NCBI GenBank assembly: GCA_951406725.2
Contig: OX597825.1
Span: 79,236,001 to 79,300,000, forward strand
DNA: 64,000 bases
Direction of reading: 5' to 3'
Source of the DNA: Octopus vulgaris
Lineage: Eukaryota
Within the stretch, counting starts at the first letter, position 1. Each line of letters starts with the position of its first letter. The notes beneath the pieces are model-generated. The model did not search any database and was not told the origin of the DNA. It saw only the letters and a list, made by a program, of their open reading frames with translations. A program made the translations under genes and the position numbers. Of the stretch, positions 42,601-56,192 are shown piece after piece.

Positions 42601-45600
42601 TTATGAGATATGTAGACCACAATAACTTAATTACATAAAGGGGAGTCAGAGTCGGAGGTGCCAATAGTACAGGAGTCAAAGTGTTTTGTTTCAGCTCCAC
42701 AGCCCTGATTTCTACGGAAGGTTTTAATTTAGTCCACTTTAAAAGGGAAAGTTTCTTTCATAGATCCATGGACATTCTTGGACAGTTTGGCATCAAAAGA
42801 GCTAATGGCACAAAAGACACTATGTACTATCTTACCTTTATATTCCTGTAATGGTTTAGAATTCAGATTTCTCTGTCAAATCTAATGCTTATCTATCTGC
42901 ATCGTTTTGAATTAATCATGCATTGTCTCATACGCTTTGAGATTTTAATGATGTGACTATTTTTGGAAGGACAGTTGTAGGATAGACATAAGAGACTGGA
43001 TCTGGCCAGTCTGACAATAAAACAGATGGGCTATTTGGGCCTGATATAGCTGCTTTAAATGCCCTCATACCACTAAGACCATCTGGTAACCTATGGAGTT
43101 CTCTTTCTTTCTACCTTTCATGCCAGGCCATGTAGCAATCACATATAATCAATGTTATCAAAAGGGTACACTGTACCATTTAGCACTTTTTCTCTTTAAC
43201 CTTTTAGCATTTAAACTGGTCAGATCTAGCCTTCACACCTACTGAACAATGTCATTCTAAAAATAAACAAGTGTGTGGGTGCCAAGTAAAAAAGCACTGT
43301 TGATGGTGCCATGTAAAAAGCATTTGTGATGGTGCCACGAAAAAAAGCATTTGTGATGGTGCCACAAAAAAAAGCACTGGTGATGGTGCCATGAAAAAAG
43401 CACTCAGTACACTCTCTAAAGTGATTGGTACTAGGAAGAGCATCCAGCTGTAGAAGCCATGCCAAAACAGACAGGAATCTGATGTGGCTCTTGGCAAACT
43501 GTCAACCAATGCCAGCATGGAAAACGGAAATTAAATGATGATGACATCAAAATCTCAAAGCTATGAAACAATGCATGATTGGTTCAAAAGAATGCAAACA
43601 AATAAAGTAATGTGAATGCTAAAGGGTTAACCACCCTCCTGCTACTACTAACACCATCTAGAGTCACCCAGGATTTTCTCTCCCAACGCCATCATTGCTC
43701 CAGTTCATGTAGCAATGACATGTAACTAATGTCATCATTAAACCCCTACAATATACCAACCAGTCTACCTTAAATACAAAGAATGAGCTACTTATGTGCA
43801 AACTTTTACTCAAATTCTTTCTGGAGTATTTCAAGGATTAGCAATGAGAAAATCTGTAAAAGCTGTAAAAGAATGCCTTGCAACTTTGTTTAAACCTGGG
43901 GAAATGACACAAAAATGGGTGTGTGTGTGCCTCTCTCACAGCTTGACAACTGGTGCTGGATTAGGTCTCTGTGACTTAGTGTTTTGCCAAAAAAAGACCG
44001 AGAGGATAAGCATTAGACTTTCAAATAAATACTAGAGATACTTTCACTGGCTAAACCCCTGCAAGGAAGTGCCACAGTCCACTCACTGAAACATGAAAAA
44101 GACAAAAGAATTTCAATGATTCTGGGATGATGAGAAGCAAAGGGAACTTGAGTAGAATTGGTAGCTATGAAGTTCATTTTGCAATGACATGGTTTTGGCT
44201 TCAGCCCCACTGCATAGCACCCTGGGCAAGTGTCTTGTATAGACCTGAGCCAAACAATGGTAGGAAACTGTGTGGAAGCCTCTCGACAACTTGATGGCCA
44301 GTATTGGTTTGTTTACAACCCTGTGACTTAGCAGTTTGGAAAATGACACAAATAGAATAAGTAGTAGAAAGCTTGAAAATAAATACTGAAGTTGATTTAC
44401 TGAACTAAACATTTCAGAGTGGTGGTCCAGCATGGCCACAGTCCAATGACTGAAACAAATAAGTCATAACAAAATGACTTGAAACATAGTAGGAGACACC
44501 CAAGGTGCTACACAGTGGGATTGAACCCTAAACCATGTGGTTGTAAGGCAAGCTTCATAAACACCCAGCCATGCCTGCTCCAATAAATTTTTTTTTTTAA
44601 ATATATAATTTTTAAAATCCAGAACAAGACACGGTTATTCCAACAAAATTATAAAAATAGTTAAAAACAAATCCTCAGCCAGTTAAATGTTTAACAATAG
44701 AAGATGTGATGTAATACGACCGTTAACCTAAATATTTTGCTTTCTATGAAGAACAATTCACAAAAACCTTTACTGCTGATCTGAGATGTGTTTATTTAGG
44801 ATATGTGTTGCTGTTTAGCCCAGGTTCAGCAGTAGACCATAACTACTCTATTTTTCTTTCTTGTATAGTAAATCTAGGACTACACCATCCCATTGTGTCA
44901 CTTTTTCTGTCTAAGGTCAATAGGATGTGTAATGTAATTTGTGTGAGATTTGGTTGTTGTTTCTAGGGGACTGAGTAGCCTGATGGAGGATCTCTCATCG
45001 GTAGGTGAGGGGTGTGTCTCATTTCACATACTTGATTTGTTTTTTATCTTTTACTTTAATCAATTACTGGACTGTGGCCACTCTGGGGCACTGCCTTGAA
45101 AGGATTTAGTTGAACTAATCGACCTCAAGACCCATTTTTCTTCTAATGTCTGGTACACATTATATTGATGTCTTTTGCCAAAGCACTAAGTCACTGGAAT
45201 GTAAACAAACAAACACCAGTTGTAATTGTGAGGGAACAAAAACAAAGATAAAGTGTGTGTGTGAAATTTTGCAGTTTTGTTGTTGGGAATGGTGGTGATA
45301 ATGGGCACTGCGTATGCATATATGCAATATATATATATATATATACACGTGTATATAAATTAGAGAAGAACCACCATGTAGCAATTCAACAATGATATAA
45401 TTAAATCATACCATATAGAAAAAAATTAAAGGTACAATAAAACATTTACCTAGAACTAAATGAAGTACGAAATAGTATATAATTAGTACATAATTATCTA
45501 CTATTTATTTATTATTTTGTACTTCATTTAGTTCTAGGTAAATGTTTTATTGTACCTTAAATTTTTTTTCTATATGGTATGATTTAATTATATCATTGTT

Positions 45601-48600
45601 GAATTGCTACATGGTGGTTCTTCTCTAATTTATATACACATATTACATATTGTGAAATTTCATTTAGTATTACTAAATTGAATTTTTCCCTATAAGTTTG
45701 GAATCATATTCCCTAATAATATTATCATTATATATATAATTGGAATATATGCAGTCTTTGAGAAATTTCTGTGCGTATATTTGGTATGTGTGTGAGCTTA
45801 CATACATGTGTGTGTGTGTGTGTGTCCTTGATATCAGACAATAGCTGTGAACAAGTATTACTATCATACCAACAGTGTTATTCACCCAGACCTTCACTGA
45901 ACCATGTCAGGCCATGGAGAAATATCACCTTGCTGGGAAACAGGTAAGGGTTGATAACAGGAAGGGTATCTCTGTTATCTGATAGTTTATACAAACAACA
46001 GATTTAATTAATTAATTGACAGTAACATGCCAATGATACTGACTTTGGTTTAAGCAGAGAAGAAACATGTATAAAAAAATAATAAAAAGCAATCTGTTAT
46101 CTTAAAATATTTCAAGTTTTTATTTCCCTCTCAATGTCTGATAAGCCCTATCTCAAATCTTATCAGATCAGCTTGTCTACTAACCTTGAAATTAACCCAT
46201 TCAATATCAACCTGGCTCTGTAGCACAAATGTCTTGTTTCCATAAGTCTTGAATTAAAATCTTCCACCAAACCTCAGTCACAAGTTACGTTTCCAACACT
46301 AGCTTAATGATAACTAAGTTACCTTACAACATTCTTTGTTAAATTTAAAATTAATTGATAGAAACACAGACATTCTAAATAGGAAATATGGTAACAAAAG
46401 AGTTAAACATGCTTTTTCTCCATATTTTTCAGGAATTTCTTTTTTATCAGACAGAGTAAGAGCCTTCCAAAACTACAAAAGAGTTGGGGACAGAAGGCAG
46501 AAAGAGGCAAGGATAATATTAGTCATTCTTCCTTTTATATAAACACCTTGACATTTCTATGTGACCAACAAAAACACTGATAGTTGTGTCTCATTTTACA
46601 TACTTTGATTTGTTTATCTTTTAGCATTTTAACCGACCATATCTGGTTCAAACATTCAACCTGTTTTATATGTGATTTATAAACAATCACATCTTCCAAA
46701 TTTCCAAGCCACAGTATAATACATGATTAATTTAAAATTGTGAATAAATCATCAAAACCATAATCATTTAATGTCCATTCTCCATGTCAAGAGTTGGACG
46801 GTTTGACAGGAGTTGACCAGTCTCCATTTGTCTGTTTTGGCATGGCTACTATGGCTGGATGCCCTTCCTTATGCCAACCACTATATAGAACGTACTGGAT
46901 GCTTTTACCTGGCATTTGTCCGAGTAATCTGAACACTAAAGGGCAAAATGCCAGGTTATCCTGTTCCTTTTTCCAATGTAAAAAGCACCCATTACACTCT
47001 CAGAGTGGTTGGCATTAGGAAGAGCATCCAACTGTAGAAACTTTGCCAGATCGGATTGGGGCCTGGTGCAGCTATCTGGCACTTGCCAGCCCTTAATCAA
47101 GGTGTCCAACCCATGCCAGCATGGAAAGTGGATGTTAAACGATGATGATGATGAATGTATCTCTTTCTTTCTTACACCTTTTTGATACCAACCTGCCTCA
47201 AATCACCCTTGGCTCTATGATTCAAATTTACATATTTTAATGTGATCTAAATTAAAATCTTCCATCAAAATTTCCTGTTAATTTTATGTTCCAAACATCA
47301 GCTTAATAACGACAAAATTATTGTTATACTTGGGGATGGCCATATTTTGCCAATTAAACACATTGCACAATAATATTTGGTCTTCACTTTAGCTTGACTA
47401 TAATTATGAAGTTATTTCATTAAATTCATTATTTTCAAAAGTTAATTAAAACAATGTCAGTGTCTTTCAATACAAATATGGTAACAAAAAGGGTTAATGC
47501 AGTAAGGTGTAATATTTGAAGGCTATCTAGCTACTATTTCTAGCAGACCAAGTGACTGTTCAGAGTATCCATGGGTAACCTGCAGCCAATGAGACTTTCC
47601 GAATGGCACACCTAAGAAAAATTACCTTGAATTGTTTAGGTAGTGCAGACCACCTGATGAGGAGCCAAGCCTCATGTGGCGGACAAAGAAAAACCTGGCT
47701 GATGACAGTCAAGGCTGATCTGGGACCCAAGCTAGGCCCCCATATCTACAGCATTTGCCGTTGGAATAAGGAGTGGTTGGAGATCATGCGGTCGTTAGCC
47801 TCAAATTGCCAGGCCTGGTTGGCGTTTGTGAGAGATACAGCATTGAGGATGAATGAAGCCAGCTCAACCCACCCTGGGTGAATGCTGTCTCAAGACAAAA
47901 AGACAAGCCTCATGTGACCCACTTCTCAAAAAAGGCTGCCCATGCCTGGTGGGGAGGCACCCTCAACAGTCCAAAACACTTGAGTTGTTGTTGTTTAACC
48001 CCAGGCCAGTTCTGAAGGAGCACATCCGTGCTCAAATACTTCAGCCGTACTTTATCATCTTTCTCCCATGTGCAAGTGACCCAAGACAACATTATCCAAC
48101 AAGTGCTTTTCTTAAGGATGATAAGAAATGTTTAAAAGGACATCTGACTGCTATTTCAAGCAAATCAAGTAACCATATAGTTTTCTCCCTCATTGGTTGT
48201 TGCTTGACTCCAAGTCTACCCTGACACTAGGTAGGTCCTACTGTGACCACTCAATCTTATTGTTAGACTCATTATCCAATGTAGCCTTCCCATTTTTTAA
48301 GCCATTAGGGAAGCAGTTCTCATCTGGGGTTCCTCTGGTCCGGGGAGTGGGGGGGGTGGGGGTGTTCATATAAGATTTTGTGGTTAAAATTTATCTACAA
48401 TACAAAAAATATAAAAATTTTTTTATACCATTCTTAATAATATTTAATTACAAAAATACAATAAAATAACTTTTTATATACAGTAGAGTTAAATAGGGAT
48501 CAAAGGGATCCACAGGGGCAAAAAAATGGTTGAGAACCCTTGCACCTGTGTGCAATTTGAGGGAGATTTGATTACAATTTCCAGCAAGTCTGCAATCATG

Positions 48601-51600
48601 TTGAAGCTCTTCCATTGATTTGTTAGAGTTCAAACAATTTTGTCAATTAGCTAATTGCATTAGTCACAATAGTCAGTACAGTGGCAACAGCAATACAATT
48701 GTTTTAGTCAAATGCAACAGCTTTAATCACATGCAGCTGCTTCAGTCACGCACACAGCTACATCATCATCATCATTTAACGTCCGCTTTCCATGTTAGCA
48801 TGGGTTGGATGGTTCGACCGGGGATCTGGGAAACCAGAAAGGCTGCACCAGGCTCCAGTCTGATCTGGCAGTGCTTCTACAGCTGGATGCCCTTCCTAAT
48901 GCCAACCACTCCGTGAGTGTAGTGGGTGCTTTTTGCGAGGCTGGCAACGGCCACGATCGGATTGGTGGATGAAGTAAAAAAAAAAAAAAAAAAAAAAAGT
49001 ACTATACAACTTAGTAGAAGTATCAGCTAACAAGAATTCACATGGTCATTGAAAAAATCATTGTGGAAATCTCTAGGTGTCTGCTTGACCTGCTAGAAAA
49101 GGCAGCCATGTCATCAGTCACATTTCCAGCTGCATCAGTAACACGCAGCTGTCCTAGTCACGTGCAGTAACATTAATCACATTCACAGCTGCATTAACCA
49201 CATAGTTGCATCATCTGTCACAGTTGTGACTAGGGTCAATATGCATTAACCATTGTCCATCATATCAGTCACAAAATTCTATTTATCAACAATCTAGAAA
49301 ACCTTGCATGAAGATTGGTTTATAAATAGCTTTTCTTGTATTATTACTAAATAATTTCTGAAAATATTAATCTCATAACGCAACGCACTCATTTTTTCAC
49401 CCATTCATAGAAATATTCTTGGAATATTTTTTGTGCAACTCTCCTTTCCCTCCCATTCATCTTCCTTTCTCTCTTTCCCTCCATGTTATCCCCCCCTCTG
49501 ACTCTTCCTCTCTCCTTCCACTCCCACATGACTGGTCACAATCTAAGGCAGCGTCCTCCTTTCTCATGTTGCCATCGACTGGATTGGTAACCCTTCTCCG
49601 TGTTCCTTGCTCTGCCTTTCTCTTGTTTTTAGTCCTTTAGGACATTTTTCTTCTCTCCTTTGTCTTTACACAACACTTGTCTATCCTAAACCATGGCTTT
49701 TTTTTTTTGTTGTGACCTTCAGCGTTTGTTTTCAGTTCATTTGTGTATTTAGTATCTGTTTTACAATTTGACCTTCTGTGTCTTATCTGTCTGTTTATCA
49801 GTATGCATGTTTGACTTCTGAATGTATATAAATATAAATATATACAAGCCATCATTGGACAGTTCATTGATAGCTTAATCAGTCAAAATTTCAAACTACC
49901 TGTCAATGCTATTCTTGTTAAAGAATATTAAATTTGCACTCAACCAAATGTTTTGAGTAATCCTTCAATTTGATGTAAAATCATTTTTATTATAACGTAA
50001 AAACATTTGTATATATGGCAGTGCCCCAGCATGTCCACAGCCTCAAGGCTGAAACATATAAAAGTATATATATAACAGGATAAAATTTTCAAAAAAATGT
50101 TATCAGTGGCCAGCATATTAAAAAATACCTTTAAAGGCTAAATTTATAAACAACTTATAAACAAGGGCAAAAGAAAAAAAATTCCAATGCCAAATATGCC
50201 GAAAATAGACTTTAAATTATCGTCAATAACCACATATAATTCATCACTCTAAGCATGTGTCTCAAATCAAGCCGACAGAAATTTCTAATTTCTATTACCG
50301 AATTGGCCCTAATTTCTGAGTTAATTCATAAAGAATTTTCTTAAATATATATAAAATCATCATCTTAACACCCACTTTTTCACTGCTTGCATGGATCATC
50401 TGATCCATGCAAGCATTGATAAACTTTGCTGAAGCAGAATTTTCTATGGCTAGATGCTCTTTCTGTTGCCAACCCTTGCCTTTTTGCAAGTGAGGAATTT
50501 ATTCCCCCCAGTCTATCAAACAGTGAACTCTCTGGACATGGCAAGTGGATGCCAGCTGTTTGTATGAATAGTGGAATCAACAATCAAATGCCAGAGTGTA
50601 TCAAGAAGTCTGGATATGCTTTCACAGAACGACTGCAAACAAGTGACACTGTTTTGTCTAAATGGTGACGCTTCGTTTACAATTGGTGTGCAGATGTCAA
50701 GACAAGAGAATACATATTCAGTTGCATACACATACACATCTTTTTATCTTTTACTTGTTTCAGTCATTAGACTGAGGCCACTCTGGGGCACTGCCTTAAA
50801 CAATTTTTACTTGTCAACCTCAATACTTAATATAAATTTATCTAATTTATTTTTGAAAAAGTCTTGTACTTATTCTATCAGTCTCTATTGCTGGATTGCT
50901 AAGTTACAAGGACATAATCACACCAACACCAGTTGTCAAGCAGTGGTGGGGTCAAAAACACAGACACACTAAAGGCTTCTCTGAAGTTTCTGTACCAAAT
51001 TTTACCCAATGTATTGATGAACCTGAAGAAACCAGCAGATTGCACCTCAAAACCAAGTGCTGCCAAAGTAAACTTGTTTCCCAGACAGCCATACTGAAAT
51101 GGTCATCAAAAAGACAGGACATTTGCTGGACATCAAAAGGACATTGATCTTGGCTTCAGATTAAAGAAGAAAAATGCTTATACAAGAATCAAACAAATGG
51201 TGATATCTGGCTCAAGAGTTTTCTTTGATGCTTCTGGTGTATAGGTAAAACTCAATCAACCTAATTCAGGTGAAAATTCATTCATTCAAGCAGATTGCTA
51301 CTGCAATGGTTTCATCTGGAATTGTTTACAAGGGAGCAGCACTGCTCCTTTTGTATTTAATCTATCACTTAACCTTACACTGAACAACAGTTCTGTATAC
51401 AATACTGGCAAAGGGTCTCGATGAGAGAAACGTTCAGAAGCAGGCCAAAGGAAAAGTTTGTCTGAGGGACTTGCATTTGTGGCTCCCAACTCCAACTTGT
51501 AAAATCACAGAAGTATCACTAACATCATGGAAGTTACAGTACTGCCCTCTGGTATTTCAGGCAAACTCCAAGAAAAGTTAATGGGAACAGCATTACGAAA

Positions 51601-54600
51601 GGGATTATTCCATATGTGAGAAAGTTGTGCAAAATTGGAGAAAGCAAAAAGAATCAAAGTCATATGTCCCTCTATCATATTTTAGCTCAGTGGTTCCCAA
51701 ACTTTTTTGGGCTGCTGCCCCCTTGACACCCAGACCACATTCCTAGTGCCCCCACCCCAACTAACCATTACAAACATAGATCTCCTTCTGAAACAAATTC
51801 AAAGCAACTGCATTTCACAAATAAAACTTAATCTAATGAACCCATTATTGCTCCACTTTTCTTCAAAGCTCCCTTGGAACTTTCCACTACCCCCAAGGGG
51901 GGCAATACTGCCTGCTTTGGGAACCATTGATTTAGCCTCTCAACACTTAGCATAAAGCCATTCCTGCATTACCACTCCACTCAGTCAAGGGGTCTTTTTC
52001 TTTTTGGGGATATGAAAAAAAGGACTCTGTACACTCTGTAAAGTGGTAGGGATCAGACAGGGCATTCAGCCAGAGGTGAAAAAAAGAAAAGAAAAAAGCT
52101 TGACACAGTTCCTTGGTTCATTGGAGCCAGTGAAACCCATGCCAGCATAGAAGATGGCCATTACATAATGAAGATATACATGTACAAACACAAAGTATAT
52201 ATTACAACTGGCACAAAAGCACTGTGATGGAGAATGAAAAGCAACTTTTAAAATGAGCTTGAAGAGAAACAGTAGAATCATCATCATTCAATGTCCACGC
52301 TTCTTGTTGACATGGGTAGGATGGTTTAACAGAATCCAATGGGACCAAAGAATCCAATGCTCTGTCTGATTGTGGCACCATTTCCACAGCTGGATGCCCT
52401 TCTTAAAATCAATCACTTCACAGAATATTGGTTTCTTTTTTTCATGCCACCAGCATTATTGAAGCTTCCAAGATTACAATCTCTGAGGGGAGTCAAGTGT
52501 TTTATAACCATATTGGACATCATTGAGCAATTTCGTAAGAGGTATTAAGGCTAGACAAAAGAGGACTGGTGATAGAGAGTCACCCTGGAAAATGCCAGAT
52601 GAAATTCTTACATCTCCAGCATTGAGAGATTCACTGTCACTGTTCAAAGTCAGTGTGGTTCCCCATGATCTCGTACTTACAGAGGGTTGTCAGTTTCATG
52701 CTACAGGGTGAGGGGATTAAAAAAGTGGTTCTTAACCTTTTTGCAGTGCCCCACCCATTTAAAGTATTGTAATGCCACCTATGGGACAAATGAGGTATCT
52801 CAACTAAACTAACTTAACATGGATGACAATTTGTAAATTTTATTCAGAAAAATGGGTTTTATAAGCTTTGAACAGTGAAATGATTAAAAGAAATTAATAA
52901 AGACCAAAGCTGTAAATTTACTTTATTCGTTGCAAGTTAATGACTTGTCTATGCCTGATGAGAATTTGCTAATTTTTCTACATCAGGTCAAGGAACACGG
53001 GCTAGAAATAGCAGCTCTATTTATCTCTCATTTTATTTTAATAACTATCACTAGTTTTATCATATTTAGGATGTTATGTTACCCCACGATCTCCTCACTG
53101 ACCCCTCAAGCCTAACATCCCCTTGGGGGTAGTACCACCCATGTTGAGAACCTCTGTGTTAGAGTATGAAAAGGGTGGTGCATAGTCTTGGACATGATCT
53201 TATTGTTTGATAATCCACAGCATCAGAACTTTTATCAAAGATGCTCAACTTCTTAAACATGTCAGTGGAAGGACCAGCTTTGGCAGCATCAGATATCTGT
53301 CATCAAAGTCAGGGTGGGAGTCAGGCTTTGCATTATTGAAGGAACATCAGAAGACCTGAAATAAACTGCAGTTGTCATAGGCCATTGATTGATGCCATGG
53401 CTGCTTATATATATTTCTTTTGGTAAACAAAGATTCTCAGGAACTGCAACAAGTTGAGAAGCTGTGAGGCTCTCTTAGTTCTAGAAAAAGGCTGTGGCAC
53501 GGTTTCAATATCAAAGAATGTATGATTTCATACCTAAGCAGTTTTTAATGGCCCTAGCTACTGTCTTGCTACATAAAACATATCTTTTGCCTGTTTCAGT
53601 CATTGGACTACAGCCATGCTGGAGCACCACCTTGAAGGGTTTAGCTGAACAAGTTGGCCCCAGGACTTATTTCTAAGTCTGGTACTTATTCTGTCGGTCT
53701 CTTTTTGTTGAACTGTTAAGTCACAAGGATATAAAGAAACAAACACTGTGAAGCAGTGAAGGACACACACATTTATGACTTGCTTTCACAGTTTCTATCT
53801 AGCAAATTCACTCAAGGGGAGAATAGAGGGCACCAGCTCAAGTTGATGTGCAATAGGGACTGAACCCACAACCGTAGGGCTGAAAGGCAAGCTTCTTACT
53901 ACATGCAGCTATACCTGGACATATACACTACAGATTTTTGCAAGCTTGTTCATGCAGGTGGATGGATGTGAGACAACAGATAATTTCAACATCAGTCAGA
54001 TGTATTGCTTGTATCAATAATGGTACAGCTTGTTTCAGCAAAAACATTTCATTGCAATGACTCTACACCTGATTGGCACATAAAAAGCACCATTCAAGCG
54101 TGGTCGATGCCAATGCTCCATGCCAGTGGCATGTAAAAAGCACCATTCAAGCATGGTCAATGCTAGTACCACCTGGCTGGCCCTTGTGCCAGTGGTACGT
54201 AAAAAGCACCCACTGGTGTTAGGAAGGGCATCCAGCTGTAGAAACATTGCCAGATCAGGCTGGAGCCTGGTGTAGCCTGCCACCTTGTCAGCCCTCAGTC
54301 AAACTGTTCAATCTATGCCAGCATGGAAAGCAGACATTAAATGACGATGTTGAATCCATCACAATTTCATCATCATCATTTAATGTCCATTTTCCATGCT
54401 GGCATGGGTTGGACAGTTTGACCAGAGCTGTACCAGGTTCCAGCTTGATTTGGCTTGGTTTTAATGGTTGGATGCCCTCAACACCAACCACTTCATGGGT
54501 GCTTTTTATGTGGACCAGCATGAGGGGTCTTCAAAAGGAAAAACGTTTTCAGCTGGGAGGGGAGCAGAGACAAAGTATAATTTGTAACAGAGAAGCAAAG

Positions 54601-56157
54601 TAAATATCATGTCAAAACATAAGCACTAAATTCACAGAGGCAAACTGGCAAAATCATTAGAGCATCAGAAGAAACGCATTCCAGGTTCATGCACTCTGAG
54701 TTCAATTCTCGCTGTGATCATCTTTGCCTTCAACTCTTCCAGAGATGATATATGAAGTCCTGAACAGACTGGTAGGGATCCCTGTGGTATTTGTTCAGGC
54801 TTTTAGCATTCTGAATTCAAATCCCACTGTACCCTTAATACTGCTGCCTGATCCTTGAGTGCTTTAAGTGGTGCCACTTTACAATGTAGTTTACCGCAGG
54901 GGCCATAGTCTACACTGCAAAATGACATTATCTAGGTTAGGTTACATTCTAAAGTAGGTTGCATGCACAAAAAAAAGGGGGAGGGATACCCCTTTAGATT
55001 AGCCTACTCTGTTGCAAATATCTGAACTTGGCTTCCAATTTCAGGATACCATTCTCTCTCCCACCCACCAGTCTTGGATTCCCTGGAAAAAGGGTCGTGA
55101 CCACTGTATTTCCTCGTGACTAAGTATATACACACATAAAATTAACCCTTTAGCATTTAAACTGGCTATATCTGGCCAAAATATTCTACCAGTTTTAAAG
55201 TTTAACCTGGCCAAATTTGGCCTCCCACACACTTACCTTATAGTATTATTCTACAAGAAAAAACAAAACAATCGTCATTAAAACCACAATGTTGCAAGAT
55301 AACGGATGATTAATTCAAAAGAATGTGAATAAATAAGCATCACATTTGACAGAATAATCTGAATGCTAATAAATTAAAAGGTCTTAATTTAGTTGCCTGA
55401 CCCGATGCAGACACACACATACATATATATTCTTTTATTCTTTTACTTGTTTCAGTCATTTGACTGCAGCCATGCTGGAGCACTGCCTTTAGTCGATCAA
55501 ATCGACCCCAGGGCTTATTCTTTATATGCTTGGTACTTATTCTATTGGTCTCTTTTGCCAAACTGCTAGCATGGAAAACGGATGTTAAATTATGATGATG
55601 ATATATATCTCGTTGCTATTATGCAAGTGTCATAAGTCTAAAATGTTGCTTTTTTTTAGAAAACAAAACAATAGTTTTGCCATTCCATAGCAAAATTGTT
55701 GTACTACACTGACAATTTTTGATATTTTGGCATCTGAAGCAACTGGAGACACGATAGTTTGACCAAAAGAACCGGCTATTGCAAGCAAAAATAAATAAAT
55801 AAAACATGCATTTGACCAAATTTGGATATCTGACAGTTTAACATAATAGCAACAATATATATATATATATATATACACACACCCACTTTATTATTAAAGC
55901 TGCGAAAACATTCTTGTTTTCAGTTGTGATTCAGAATGGAACAAGATTTCTTGCTCCGTTCTGAATCGCAACTGTCCAACAAGTGGCAACGTGAAACTGA
56001 ATAGCAGATTTTTTTTGATAGTTTTACGATGTTTTTGCAGCTTTAATAATAATAAAGTATATTACTCTACCTCCAGTATTTGAGTACTATTTTGCCCCAC
56101 CTTGTTTCACATTTATGTACTTACTCTGGTATGTGCATGTATGTATGTATGTATGTA

Positions 56158-56192
<35 letters not shown>

